The notes under the pieces are model-generated. The model was not told where the DNA came from and ran no database searches. It saw only the letters and a list, made by a program, of their open reading frames with translations. This document shows, piece by piece, positions 18,268-28,005 of a stretch of 64,000 nt of DNA (positions are counted from its first letter, which is position 1; each line of letters begins with the position of its first letter). A program made the position numbers and the translations under genes. This DNA is from Escherichia phage EC121. Location: sequence record NC_054909.1; one strand, 5' to 3'.

Positions 18268-18525
18268 TTATTTTAAAACTTCTGCATAATCACATGTTAC
18301 AAACTGTTTCTCTAACTTGGCGATTTTACGAAAGTATCTTTTGCATTGACGAATCTGTCGCTTCGTAGGGCGCACAGCAAACTTAATAAATTCCACTCGA
18401 CCAAATGGAGGACTTTCTTCTGCTGGAATATCTAATACTAATTCCCACGTATCTGCAATAAGTGCTTTGAATTGAGTATTTTTCCTAACATTATACGGAG
18501 TAGGTTTAAATAAAACGATATGCAT
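18268..18525 (-). CDS. hypothetical basic protein
   Basis: Track ORF trimmed to ATG at 18525 with GAGGA RBS (85 aa), which removes the overlap with the upstream ORF. Confidence 0.5.
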   Translation of the reverse strand: MHIVLFKPTPYNVRKNTQFKALIADTWELVLDIPAEESPPFGRVEFIKFAVRPTKRQIRQCKRYFRKIAKLEKQFVTCDYAEVLK

Positions 18526-18526
18526 A

Positions 18527-18709
18527 TTATCCTCGGCAATCCACTTCGCATACTTTCTTGTCATCAATGAAAGCTTTAACTAGTGCTTTATTAACTTCAG
18601 CATATTGATTAGTAGCCCAGTGAACGTCATCTTTCATCATTGTGATTTCTTTAGTAAACATGCTTTCATTCTTAAACCACCCCATAAAAACTACCTTTAC
18701 CAATTCCAT
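18527..18709 (-). CDS. small hypothetical protein
   Basis: 60-aa ORF directly downstream of gene 41. Confidence 0.45.
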   Translation of the reverse strand: MELVKVVFMGWFKNESMFTKEITMMKDDVHWATNQYAEVNKALVKAFIDDKKVCEVDCRG

Positions 18710-18767
18710 AACAATCTCCTCATTTAACCAACAAGACTACTATACCATAGTCTTGTCAGCTTGTAAA

Positions 18768-20195
18768 CTAAAATTTTAATTCATTTGCCAAAGCATCTAA
18801 CTGAGCTCGAGCGGATTCGTTTCTTTGATAGCGATTCTGTTCAGCTTGAATCTGCTGTGAACCTGCTACTTCGTTCACTTCAGTTGGAGTAGAATCTTGT
18901 TCAATTTCTACCCATTTCTGATTTCCTTTTTGAACACCCATCAAAAACTTATTCCATTTATTCTTATCACCGTATCGTGATTTGATTTGCTTAATGAGTT
19001 GTTGTTCAGCAGCTGCTAGCTCCTCGGTTTCAATGACCGCAAGCATAAAATCGGCTGTTGCTGGAAGACCGGCAGATTCCGCAATATCGCTCATGTTAAC
19101 ATCAGAAGAATCCCAAGCTTGCTTACCAACCTGTGCTGCAGTCCAAAGAACGGTTTCGGTTTCAACAGCCAGAGCACGCAATTCCTCTGCGATAGCTTTA
19201 ACAGTTGTGTAACTATTTTCTGAATAAACTCTGATGCGGCAAGATTTACAAATACCTAGATAGTCAACAATAATGATTGTTGGAACAAAATTCTTCTTGA
19301 GCTTTAATTCATTTAAAAGCGACCGAAATGTATTAGCGTCTGCTCCACCAGTAGGATACTGTTTAACGATTAAACGACCGAGAGTAGATTTCTCACGCCA
19401 TTTTTCCATCTTTCCTTTATACTCAGCGTAAGAAATATGCCCATCATCAATGTCATCAAGAGAAACATCAAGCATATTAGCGTCAATACGCTTAGCACAA
19501 ACTTCTTCTGCCATTTCCATGGAAATGTAAAGAACATTATGTCCGAGCTGCAAATAATCTGCTGCCAATGAACACAGACCTAATGACTTACCGACGTTAA
19601 CACCAGCCATTAAAACGTTCAGTGTTCCAGTTTCAGCTCCACCTTTAGTAATTTTGTTTAGAATTCTGAGTTTAAATGGAACTTTACGAGCTTTATTCAT
19701 ATAAGATAGCCAGCGTGCTTCGTAGTCATCCATCCAATCATGACCAACGTAGCTATCAAATGAAATTGATAATGCTTGGCGCATGATGTCAGGAATAGCA
19801 CCAACGTCCGGCATTTTCTTATTTCGTTTTTCCGGAGGAAGCTCAGCATTAGTTTGAATTTCGATTATTTTAGACGTAGCATTAAACATCGCCCTTTGCT
19901 GAACATATTTTTCTGTTTCTTTTATTAACCAACTGTGGTCTTCTGGAGAATCGGCTAGTTTCGAAATAAGTGTTTTTACACCAGAATATTCTGTTTCAGT
20001 AAATGAACTATTTTCTAATGCAACATTTAACGCATTAATAGATGGAACGCTATGGTACTCATTAACATGAGATTTAATTAATTTGAATGTATTTTTAGCT
20101 GGACCACTTTCAAAATATTCTGAATCCATATATGGCCAAACTTTTGAAAAATAAGCTTGATCAAATATGAGATGAGAAAGAATAATTTCTACCAC
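18768..20195 (-). CDS. 41: replicative DNA helicase gp41 (DnaB-like)
   Basis: 475 aa; Walker A AGVNVGKS; matches recalled T4 gp41. Confidence 0.97.
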   Translation of the reverse strand: MVEIILSHLIFDQAYFSKVWPYMDSEYFESGPAKNTFKLIKSHVNEYHSVPSINALNVALENSSFTETEYSGVKTLISKLADSPEDHSWLIKETEKYVQQRAMFNATSKIIEIQTNAELPPEKRNKKMPDVGAIPDIMRQALSISFDSYVGHDWMDDYEARWLSYMNKARKVPFKLRILNKITKGGAETGTLNVLMAGVNVGKSLGLCSLAADYLQLGHNVLYISMEMAEEVCAKRIDANMLDVSLDDIDDGHISYAEYKGKMEKWREKSTLGRLIVKQYPTGGADANTFRSLLNELKLKKNFVPTIIIVDYLGICKSCRIRVYSENSYTTVKAIAEELRALAVETETVLWTAAQVGKQAWDSSDVNMSDIAESAGLPATADFMLAVIETEELAAAEQQLIKQIKSRYGDKNKWNKFLMGVQKGNQKWVEIEQDSTPTEVNEVAGSQQIQAEQNRYQRNESARAQLDALANELKF

Positions 20196-20204
20196 ACTTA
20201 CTCC

Positions 20205-20549
20205 TTAAAAGAATTTAAATTTTTTCTTTGACCTTTTATTAAATGCATCTTGTAGTTGCATTGTAATACATTTTTCTACATGAGGAGCTAACTCAGCTTT
20301 TCTTTCTTGGTCAAGAACAGCAAAGTCCATTACGACTTTTCCATCAACCCAATCTAATTTTGTCACATACACAATGTGTGTAGAACCGTCTTCTAGTTTA
20401 ATGACAATCTCCTGGATAACATTTTCCATGGCAGATTTAATTATCTTAAGAGATTCATTAAAAAGACGTTCTTTTCTTTCTTCTTCCCCCTCCGAAGAGG
20501 GGGATTCATCGATAATTTCTAGATCTAAATCTAAATCATCTTTATTCAT
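20205..20549 (-). CDS. 40: gp40 head vertex assembly chaperone
   Basis: 114 aa from ATG at 20549; position between uvsX and 41. Confidence 0.7.
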   Translation of the reverse strand: MNKDDLDLDLEIIDESPSSEGEEERKERLFNESLKIIKSAMENVIQEIVIKLEDGSTHIVYVTKLDWVDGKVVMDFAVLDQERKAELAPHVEKCITMQLQDAFNKRSKKKFKFF

Positions 20550-21723
20550 TAAATTCTTCCATATCACTTAACTGATCTAGGTCAGTTTCTAAATCAGCTG
20601 CTGATTTACTTTTACTTTCTGGAGATTTAAATTTTTCAACCTTTGAGTTAATCAATTCATCAACTTCAGCTTCAACAATTTCATTACTATCAATAGCACC
20701 TAACTGATAAGCACGTTTAATAGCATCTCGGAATGGTTGATGCTTAAATAAAGGACCCCAGAATGTAGTGCAATTGGTATCTTTTGCACGCCAAGATTTT
20801 TCTTCGCGAATCATCTCGCCGGTTTCTTCGTCAAGAAATTCACGAGCATACCAGCCATTTTTAGGTTTTACCACAAATCCTAATTCAAGAGCCATATCTA
20901 ACAATCCAGAATAAGGATCGATACCACCGTCAAATTTAACATCAATAAAGAATTTACTTTTTTCTTTAACGGTACGAGATTTTTCTACATTTAGAACAAA
21001 TTGATACCCCTGAAGATCAGAACCATCTTTAATCTGGCGCTTACCGATAATGAATACAGTATCAGCCGAATACATTACGCCTGTACCACCTGTCATCACG
21101 GTTTTACTAAACATTTCAATTGTTTCAATTGTATGGTTAACCGCAACACATGGAATGTTTTTAATACTAAAATAAGGAGTAACAATACGGAATAATGACT
21201 TCAGTGATTTAGCACGAGTCATATCTGCCACAGATTTTTCATTCAAGGCATCTTCCGTTTCTTTCTTAGAAGCCATATTACCAATTGAGTCGATGAATAC
21301 AATAACTTTTTCACCACGCTCAATAGCTTCAAGCTGATTCACCATATCAATTTTCAGCTGTTCAACTGACTGGATTGGTGTATGAATTACTCGTTCCGGG
21401 TCAACTCCCATGGATCGCAAATAAGCTGGAGTAATACCAAATTCGCTATCATAGAATAGACATACCGCGTCAGGATATTTGTTCAAATACGCCGCAACCA
21501 TAGTCAAAGACATATTTGATTTAAAGTGTTTAGAAGGACCTGCAAAAATGGTTAAACCAGACTGCATACCACCGTCAATCGCACCAGAAATAGCGATATT
21601 AAGCATTGGGATTTTTGTACGGATTACATCCTTTTCATTAAAGAATTTAGATGTAGTCAGTTCAGCAGTCATTTTAGAAGTGGAAGCTTTAATCAAACGG
21701 GATTTTAAATCTGCAATAGACAT
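20542..21723 (-). CDS. uvsX: UvsX recombinase (RecA-like)
   Basis: 393 aa; matches recalled T4 UvsX along its length. Confidence 0.97.
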   Translation of the reverse strand: MSIADLKSRLIKASTSKMTAELTTSKFFNEKDVIRTKIPMLNIAISGAIDGGMQSGLTIFAGPSKHFKSNMSLTMVAAYLNKYPDAVCLFYDSEFGITPAYLRSMGVDPERVIHTPIQSVEQLKIDMVNQLEAIERGEKVIVFIDSIGNMASKKETEDALNEKSVADMTRAKSLKSLFRIVTPYFSIKNIPCVAVNHTIETIEMFSKTVMTGGTGVMYSADTVFIIGKRQIKDGSDLQGYQFVLNVEKSRTVKEKSKFFIDVKFDGGIDPYSGLLDMALELGFVVKPKNGWYAREFLDEETGEMIREEKSWRAKDTNCTTFWGPLFKHQPFRDAIKRAYQLGAIDSNEIVEAEVDELINSKVEKFKSPESKSKSAADLETDLDQLSDMEEFNE

Positions 21724-21800
21724 TCATTTTTTCCATAGGCAACATTATATTTTCCTCACTGGTTAAAGATAGAATAATTATAACACAATAAATTTAGGCA

Positions 21801-22643
21801 TTAATCAACTGCTATTGGATGAATAGCATTAAACTTATGAAACGCTTCTGATTTTTCTTTGCGCGAAACACACATGCGAAGAACTTTTAATGGCTCGTCT
21901 TCTTCACCCAACGATTTTCTCTTTTCGATATTCGATGTTTTCCAACGAGCTTGCTCTGGAAACTCTCTATTGATTTGCTCAAGAGCTCTATTATGTTTTG
22001 AATTACTACGAATTGAACTACATCCGCCTGGAGCTTGTGCTTTTCCAGATACAACCAGATATTTGAACAAGGCCAAATGCGGATAACCTTGATTAATTAA
22101 ATTGAGAAATGCATACATATCTTCGCATAAATCAATTTTTCCATACCCAATTTGTTCTGTCGTAAGTTTTCCAAGGTCATACCATGTATTCGTGAATCCA
22201 TATGAATTTTCACGATAATTACCCCAAGATGAAGTAATTTTAAAAATTGGTAGACGAGCATGGCCATGATAATATCCGCAATCCATGGCATCCTCAACAT
22301 ATTGAATCAATTCATAGAACTGTTCACGAGTTAATTGATTAATTTTATCTACACAGCGACGATCATCTTTCTTTCGCATTGAACTCATACGAATAGTAGT
22401 ATCATCGTCAATCATCCAAATTCGTTGACCTGCATACATATCAGTAATTGCTTTACGAGTACCAGCAATTCCATTGACATCATCAGGAATAGTTATAATT
22501 TTAGCTCTAGACCCATAAGCGTCATAATAAGCTTTTTCTTCGTGTTTACGTACTACAATATGAGGTTCATAATCAGATGGAAACATATCAAGGGCAGAAA
22601 CTGCCCCGACACGCTGATAACTTGGAATTACGAATTGAATCAT
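21801..22643 (-). CDS. GT-A fold glycosyltransferase at the beta-glucosyltransferase locus
   Basis: 280 aa; VIPSYQR start and IDDDT (DxD) motif; unlike recalled T4 beta-gt; sits between uvsX and gene 42. Confidence 0.6.
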   Translation of the reverse strand: MIQFVIPSYQRVGAVSALDMFPSDYEPHIVVRKHEEKAYYDAYGSRAKIITIPDDVNGIAGTRKAITDMYAGQRIWMIDDDTTIRMSSMRKKDDRRCVDKINQLTREQFYELIQYVEDAMDCGYYHGHARLPIFKITSSWGNYRENSYGFTNTWYDLGKLTTEQIGYGKIDLCEDMYAFLNLINQGYPHLALFKYLVVSGKAQAPGGCSSIRSNSKHNRALEQINREFPEQARWKTSNIEKRKSLGEEDEPLKVLRMCVSRKEKSEAFHKFNAIHPIAVD

Positions 22644-23281
22644 TTAAGTGCCTTACATTTGTCAAAATGGTATCTTGTCATATTTGGCCCACGTCCTTTT
22701 AGTCCGCAATGCGGACATATTTTTTCTATCAAATTATGAGGTTTTCCTTTACGATTTTTAGACATCGTTTCTTTAATTATTTTAGCTTTTTCTACGCCAA
22801 AAATTTCTTCATAAGTTTTACCAGAATTTTCCTTGGCTCGATTTATAATTCCATATGCCTGCTCATTTTTACCATACATTGGATTACCTTCGCCTTTCAT
22901 TCTTTTAGAATGATCAGGACGCTTGATTCCACGAAAGGCATTTCCGCACTTATATCTTTCTTCTGGAGATAGTTTTTTACCGTACATTCCATTTAATTTG
23001 CCTGGAAAACTTCCTCCCCATGCTTCATTCTTTAAATTATATGAATCCGGACAATTAGCAGCATCTAAACAAGTTAAAATAATTTCTTCAACCTGTCTAA
23101 ACATTGGTCCTTCATATAATATTTCTTTATTAAAGGATTTTATTCCATATTTCTTTTTAGCATGTTGCCAAACTACACCCGAACCATCATAATTCGGGTT
23201 GTGACCATCATGACTTCCTATATACCACTTTTTAGTTTTAGGATGTTTATACTTATAAACATGTGGCACATTTACTTCCAT
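22640..23281 (-). CDS. free-standing GIY-YIG homing endonuclease (Seg-like)
   Basis: 213 aa; VYKYKH...KWYIGS motif, repeated NUMOD-like segments (NPMYGK), C-terminal CPHCG...C zinc finger; paralog of 42362-43192. Confidence 0.7.
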   Translation of the reverse strand: MEVNVPHVYKYKHPKTKKWYIGSHDGHNPNYDGSGVVWQHAKKKYGIKSFNKEILYEGPMFRQVEEIILTCLDAANCPDSYNLKNEAWGGSFPGKLNGMYGKKLSPEERYKCGNAFRGIKRPDHSKRMKGEGNPMYGKNEQAYGIINRAKENSGKTYEEIFGVEKAKIIKETMSKNRKGKPHNLIEKICPHCGLKGRGPNMTRYHFDKCKALK

Positions 23282-24012
23282 TTTCCAGTATAATCCTTTT
23301 TAGCAATATGAGTCTCACCGGTGTTCCACCAATGGTCAACTAAATAAAACTGATTTTCGTACACATGAAGACTTCCAACGTTCCATATAATAGAACCTGC
23401 TTTATATTGCCGCGATGGGTCGCCTGCATTCAAATCAGATACTAATTTATCTAGTACGTATTTTTGCCAAGCATAATCATTACGATAGCCTGCCCAGCAA
23501 TCATTGCTTCTCATGCTAACAACCGCATTGACTTTCTTATCACGAATCAGGTACTGTACTGTATTAGTACACATGAAATCTGACATACCATCTTTATTGT
23601 AGTCAAATTGCATGGATGGACGAGTATAAATCATGATACCACGTCGAGAATCAGGATTTTGACCAAGTTCAGCTAAACACATATCATACTGGGCATAGTT
23701 ATTTTCTGACCAAATAGCCCAACCATAATTCGAGTTAATTTCGCCTTTAGAAGATGCTACCTGCTGCCAAATCTTTGGTGTTTCACCTGGAATATCTTTA
23801 ACAAACAAGCTCTTAGATTTATACCATTCAAGTTCGCGCTGAATGTATTCATCATTAAGAGCGCCAAAAATAAACGGTTCATCTGCTATAAATGATGCGC
23901 CAATAATTTCAATAGTTTTAACGCCAGTTTTATCAACTACGAAATCTTTTTCTTTTAATGCAAGCCCCAAATGAAGACGGATTTCTTCAACTGTCATAGA
24001 GTCACTAATCAT
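23272..24012 (-). CDS. 42: dCMP hydroxymethylase gp42
   Basis: 246 aa; near-identical to recalled T4 gp42. Confidence 0.96.
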   Translation of the reverse strand: MISDSMTVEEIRLHLGLALKEKDFVVDKTGVKTIEIIGASFIADEPFIFGALNDEYIQRELEWYKSKSLFVKDIPGETPKIWQQVASSKGEINSNYGWAIWSENNYAQYDMCLAELGQNPDSRRGIMIYTRPSMQFDYNKDGMSDFMCTNTVQYLIRDKKVNAVVSMRSNDCWAGYRNDYAWQKYVLDKLVSDLNAGDPSRQYKAGSIIWNVGSLHVYENQFYLVDHWWNTGETHIAKKDYTGKWK

Positions 24013-24019
24013 TTAAACC

Positions 24020-24169
24020 TCAATTGATACATTCATATTTAACTTGTAACAGTAATAAACCCCACCCTATGATAAGAGTTGGAATCATAGCAGGAACTGT
24101 TACGCTATAGTATATACTTATTATAACCATCAAGATTAAAAGCAACACTGCTATAATTTTGCTTTTCAT
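24020..24169 (-). CDS. small membrane protein
   Basis: 49-aa hydrophobic ORF not in the track; its ATG overlaps the imm stop in an ATGA arrangement. Confidence 0.45.
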   Translation of the reverse strand: MKSKIIAVLLLILMVIISIYYSVTVPAMIPTLIIGWGLLLLQVKYECIN

Positions 24170-24417
24170 TCCTTCTCTCTGATGATAATTACCTGATTTG
24201 GTTGTGCAGACTTTTTAGTTTCACCCACAATTGACCAAATAAATGTAATAAACCAACCAATAATTGACCAGTTAAACAGTAAAGATGTGAAAAAGATTCC
24301 TACTGTCGATTTTGACCCACGCATCAAGGCGATAAACCATGGAAGCATGTATATAATAATAGCCAACACACCTGAAACTAAAACCATAAAAATTGAACCT
24401 GCTACTAAAGTTTCCAT
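24166..24417 (-). CDS. imm: immunity protein Imm (superinfection exclusion)
   Basis: 83-aa polytopic membrane protein; size, position and sequence as recalled for T4 Imm. Confidence 0.85.
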   Translation of the reverse strand: METLVAGSIFMVLVSGVLAIIIYMLPWFIALMRGSKSTVGIFFTSLLFNWSIIGWFITFIWSIVGETKKSAQPNQVIIIREKE

Positions 24418-24424
24418 GTTTTCC

Positions 24425-24805
24425 TCACTTAGTCAAATTTTTTACACATGAATTATAAGAATTCACTACATACTCCATCGGAGCATTTTTACCAGTACGC
24501 CATTGGTAATTATTAGCCCAATTAGCCCAAATTTCGGCGCAGTAATTTTCAATTTTTTCTTCGCGTGTAATTACATCCGAATTACGATATGCTTGAGCAG
24601 ATTCATCTGGACGAATAGCTTCGTCAAAATTCGCCTGCATTTGTTCGACTGTTTGCTTTGGAGCTTCTTTATAACACTTGACATTAGGATTATAAAATTT
24701 GCTTGAACAGTTTACAATTTTTCCTACATCAGACTGATTTACTACCGGTCCTTGAGCTACACAACCAGTAAGACCTAATGCAATAACCAAAATAGCGATT
24801 TTCAT
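24425..24805 (-). CDS. predicted lipoprotein
   Basis: 126 aa; signal peptide with lipobox LTGC. Confidence 0.5.
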   Translation of the reverse strand: MKIAILVIALGLTGCVAQGPVVNQSDVGKIVNCSSKFYNPNVKCYKEAPKQTVEQMQANFDEAIRPDESAQAYRNSDVITREEKIENYCAEIWANWANNYQWRTGKNAPMEYVVNSYNSCVKNLTK

Positions 24806-24815
24806 AATAATTTCC

Positions 24816-25052
24816 TCAAATGCAAGTAGTAATTACTCCAGTAGTGCTTATGCAGGTATTACCCATTTGCACACCTAAAGATCCATTTGTATTCACATGA
24901 AGATTATCATCAATTTTAACTGATATTTTACCATTAGTGTGAATAACGGTGCTAGATTTAATCACAGGTTGAGTATCATTTTCAACACTAACAAATGGAA
25001 CTGCTACTAATGCAACTAAACAAACTGCTAAACATCCCATAACAATTTTCAT
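24816..25052 (-). CDS. small secreted/membrane protein
   Basis: 78 aa from ATG at 25052 (track start is TTG); hydrophobic N-terminus; driven by cassette copy B. Confidence 0.5.
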   Translation of the reverse strand: MKIVMGCLAVCLVALVAVPFVSVENDTQPVIKSSTVIHTNGKISVKIDDNLHVNTNGSLGVQMGNTCISTTGVITTCI

Positions 25053-25150
25053 TTTATTCTCCAAATCTGTATCAGTAGTTGATAGTTGTATAGTACCACA
25101 GAAGAACAGTCTTGTAAACAGTTTTGTGAAAATTTTTTAGGGAATTCTAA
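25053..25150 (-). repeat. promoter-leader cassette copy B
   Basis: CCCTAAAAAATTTTCACAAAACTGTTTAC, 17 nt, GGTACTATACAACTATCAACTACTGATACAGATTTGGAGAATAAAAATG; homologous to copies at 5.9 and 53.1 kb. Confidence 0.6.
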
Positions 25151-25202
25151 AGGTCCAGAATCATCTGTTTTTCATAAGTATAGATTTATATTACTTGTAT
25201 GA

Positions 25203-25228
25203 AAAAGGGACCCGGAGGTCCCTAGATT
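25203..25228 (-). terminator. intrinsic terminator after gene 43
   Basis: GGGACC-UCCG-GGUCCC followed by U-run on the minus-strand RNA. Confidence 0.6.
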
Positions 25229-25235
25229 TATTCTA

Positions 25236-27932
25236 TCAGCCAAACAGGAAGTCTAACGAAGCTTTTTCTTCATAGTCCATACCAGCCGATTCACACATGC
25301 CTGCAAGCGGTTTAACAAACGATTTTTGGAACAAAGTTGAGTAGTCAATCCAAGACAGTACATCAGAACGAATTTCTTTTGGAAGTTCTGTACCCGACGG
25401 CCAAGCAATGCACTTGTCACCAAATGGATTTCCCTCACGTAATGGAAGAACCATTACTTTATTTCCATCCAAAATTGGAGCTACACCCAGACCACTAACA
25501 GCTCGACGATAAGTTAGCACCCCACGAATATGGAACGGGCATTTAAATCCTGGCCAACCTTTATCATCATATTTCGCTATATCGTTCGCAGTTTTTACTT
25601 CAGCAATAACTTTATAGTCAAGTTGACGATATTCTTTCTCAAAGTTCTTATAATATTCTTGAACAGACTCTTCGCCTTCTTGAAGAATACGACGGATACT
25701 TTCTTCAAGAGCTTCTTGGACCGCTTTAGGCGTTGAACTCTGCTGAGTTTCCATACCCATGATTTTTAGATGCGGTTCAGCAAATCGCTTATCTTCCATA
25801 TCATAAACGTTCAGAGCATAACGCTTTTTCGCTTTCCAAAATCCACCAACGCCCTTTGAACCAAGTGGAGGGCAAGAAATAGCTTCACGGTCCATATGCA
25901 TCAGATGCTCGCGGTTATTCATATAATCACATAACTCACGATATGCAACATCAATCATAGGTTCCATCTTTTTCTTACCGAACTGATTCATGAATTCAAC
26001 TAAATCGTTCTGCTCTTTGAATCGGTCAAGACCAACTTTTTCAATAACTTTATCTACACAAACATATACCGAATCAGTATCACCTGCTGCGATGAAATCT
26101 TCGCCATTAGTTCCACATACTTTATTCAGATACTCATTAATTTTACGAGCAATCCACTGAATACCGACTTGGCCGAAAATTGTGATAGCAGTAGCATTTC
26201 GCAAATCATAGTAGCGGAAATGAATATTACCAAGAGCACCGTAAAGGCTGTTAATAAGAATTTTACGGTTCAGCTGATTTGTATTAGCAAGTGTAGCCGC
26301 TTTTTCACATTCTTCAATCAAACTATTGAGAACAGATTCAGTATAATTCGATAGTTCATTTAAGAAATCATCACTGAACTTAACATATCGTTTAACTTCA
26401 GGTTTAGTTGAACAAGACCCTGCGCCTTTCATAATAATCTTTTTAATAGCTTCGGCATTCATTTCTTCGGCGAACATTTTCTTTTTCCAGTCTTTACGCT
26501 GGAAAAATACTTTAGCGATTTCCTTTGGAATGATACCTTCTTGATGCTTATCATACATCCATCCATTCGGAGAACAAGAATATTCATCACTCGGTTTAGG
26601 AGCTGTTCCTGCGATATATTCATGAATTGGATGAACTTTAAACTGACCACGAATAGTCTCAGGACTAATGTTAACCTGACGAATAATGCTAGGATACAGA
26701 GACGTCAAGTCAAAACTCATAATATATCGACGAGCAATTGGTTTAGGTTCAAACACAAATGCACCCGGAAAACTTTGTTTAACGTGCGAACCTTGTTGAG
26801 GAATAACCTTATGTTCACCTTTCAATGAGTTAAAAATAATAGCATCCCAAGTTTTAATAGGACTCATTACACCAGAAAAAGGCATTTTAGCGTAATAAGA
26901 CATACTTAAAACTAGATCGATAAACCCGCGAATTTTATCAATTGCTTGAACTGATTCTACGTCAATGATGTTATAACTGATATATCGTTGATGATTAGTC
27001 TCACGAAGTTTATTAATAGGACCATCGTACGGTAATTTACCTTTTTTGGTTTCATGCTGAGCAACTGATTCCAAAGAGAATGACGGCAAATTAGTAAATG
27101 CGAATTTCTTATACAAATCTAAATAATCAAGAATAGATACGCCATCAATAGAATAAATTTCTTTGCTACCGTACATATTTTGAATTAGTTTAGATTTTAC
27201 TCGACCGATTGGAGAGAAACGTTTCATACTGCGTTCACCGAGAACCATTTTAACGCGATTCATGATATACGGAACGTCAAATCCCTCAATATTCCAACCA
27301 GTAAAAATAGCAGGTCGTTTCTGTTCCCAAAGATTGATATATTCCATGAGCATATCGCGCTCATTATCGAATGGCATATAAATTACTCGGTCAAGAATTT
27401 CTTGAGGAACTTCATCACCACCTTCACAGTCAAGCTTAGCAGCTAACTTTGCGTCCCATTTTGATACTGAACCATACATTGAATTCAAAAGGTCGAAAAC
27501 ATAAAAACGATCATCAATTGAATCGTAATGAGTGATAGCATCAATTTCATATTCAGCTTTCATTGGGTCAGGAAATTTATCACCAGTAACCTCAATGTCA
27601 CAGTTAGCTACACGAACAAATTTTCGGTCATAAACAATTTCTGAACCGTATGTATCACTGATATAAGCGAGTTTAAAATCGTTCATACCGAGAGCTTCGA
27701 GACCGATGTCTTCCATTCGTTTCATCCAATCTCGAGCATCTTTCATTGATGGAAATTTTTGAGGAGCGCAGTTTTTACCATAGATGTCTTTGTACTTTGA
27801 CTCTTCCTTACAATGTCTAAACATAGTTGGAAGATATTCTACTTCACGAGTACGTTCCTTTCCGTTTTCATCAATATAACGTTCAACAATGTTATTTCCG
27901 ACTGTTTCGATAGAGATATAAAATTCTTTCAT
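25236..27932 (-). CDS. 43: DNA polymerase gp43 (family B)
   Basis: 898 aa; matches recalled T4 gp43. Confidence 0.98.
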   Translation of the reverse strand: MKEFYISIETVGNNIVERYIDENGKERTREVEYLPTMFRHCKEESKYKDIYGKNCAPQKFPSMKDARDWMKRMEDIGLEALGMNDFKLAYISDTYGSEIVYDRKFVRVANCDIEVTGDKFPDPMKAEYEIDAITHYDSIDDRFYVFDLLNSMYGSVSKWDAKLAAKLDCEGGDEVPQEILDRVIYMPFDNERDMLMEYINLWEQKRPAIFTGWNIEGFDVPYIMNRVKMVLGERSMKRFSPIGRVKSKLIQNMYGSKEIYSIDGVSILDYLDLYKKFAFTNLPSFSLESVAQHETKKGKLPYDGPINKLRETNHQRYISYNIIDVESVQAIDKIRGFIDLVLSMSYYAKMPFSGVMSPIKTWDAIIFNSLKGEHKVIPQQGSHVKQSFPGAFVFEPKPIARRYIMSFDLTSLYPSIIRQVNISPETIRGQFKVHPIHEYIAGTAPKPSDEYSCSPNGWMYDKHQEGIIPKEIAKVFFQRKDWKKKMFAEEMNAEAIKKIIMKGAGSCSTKPEVKRYVKFSDDFLNELSNYTESVLNSLIEECEKAATLANTNQLNRKILINSLYGALGNIHFRYYDLRNATAITIFGQVGIQWIARKINEYLNKVCGTNGEDFIAAGDTDSVYVCVDKVIEKVGLDRFKEQNDLVEFMNQFGKKKMEPMIDVAYRELCDYMNNREHLMHMDREAISCPPLGSKGVGGFWKAKKRYALNVYDMEDKRFAEPHLKIMGMETQQSSTPKAVQEALEESIRRILQEGEESVQEYYKNFEKEYRQLDYKVIAEVKTANDIAKYDDKGWPGFKCPFHIRGVLTYRRAVSGLGVAPILDGNKVMVLPLREGNPFGDKCIAWPSGTELPKEIRSDVLSWIDYSTLFQKSFVKPLAGMCESAGMDYEEKASLDFLFG

Positions 27933-27985
27933 AGATATTCCTTAGTTTATAGCCCGAGTTATTAGGCTCTTGATATATTATACTC

Positions 27986-28005
27986 CAATTAAGGGGGCCG
28001 AAGCC
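27986..28005 (-). terminator. stem-loop GGGGC-UUCG-GCCCC between regA and gene 43
   Basis: Stable UUCG-loop hairpin; weak U tract, so it may be an RNA-stabilising element rather than a terminator. Confidence 0.4.
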
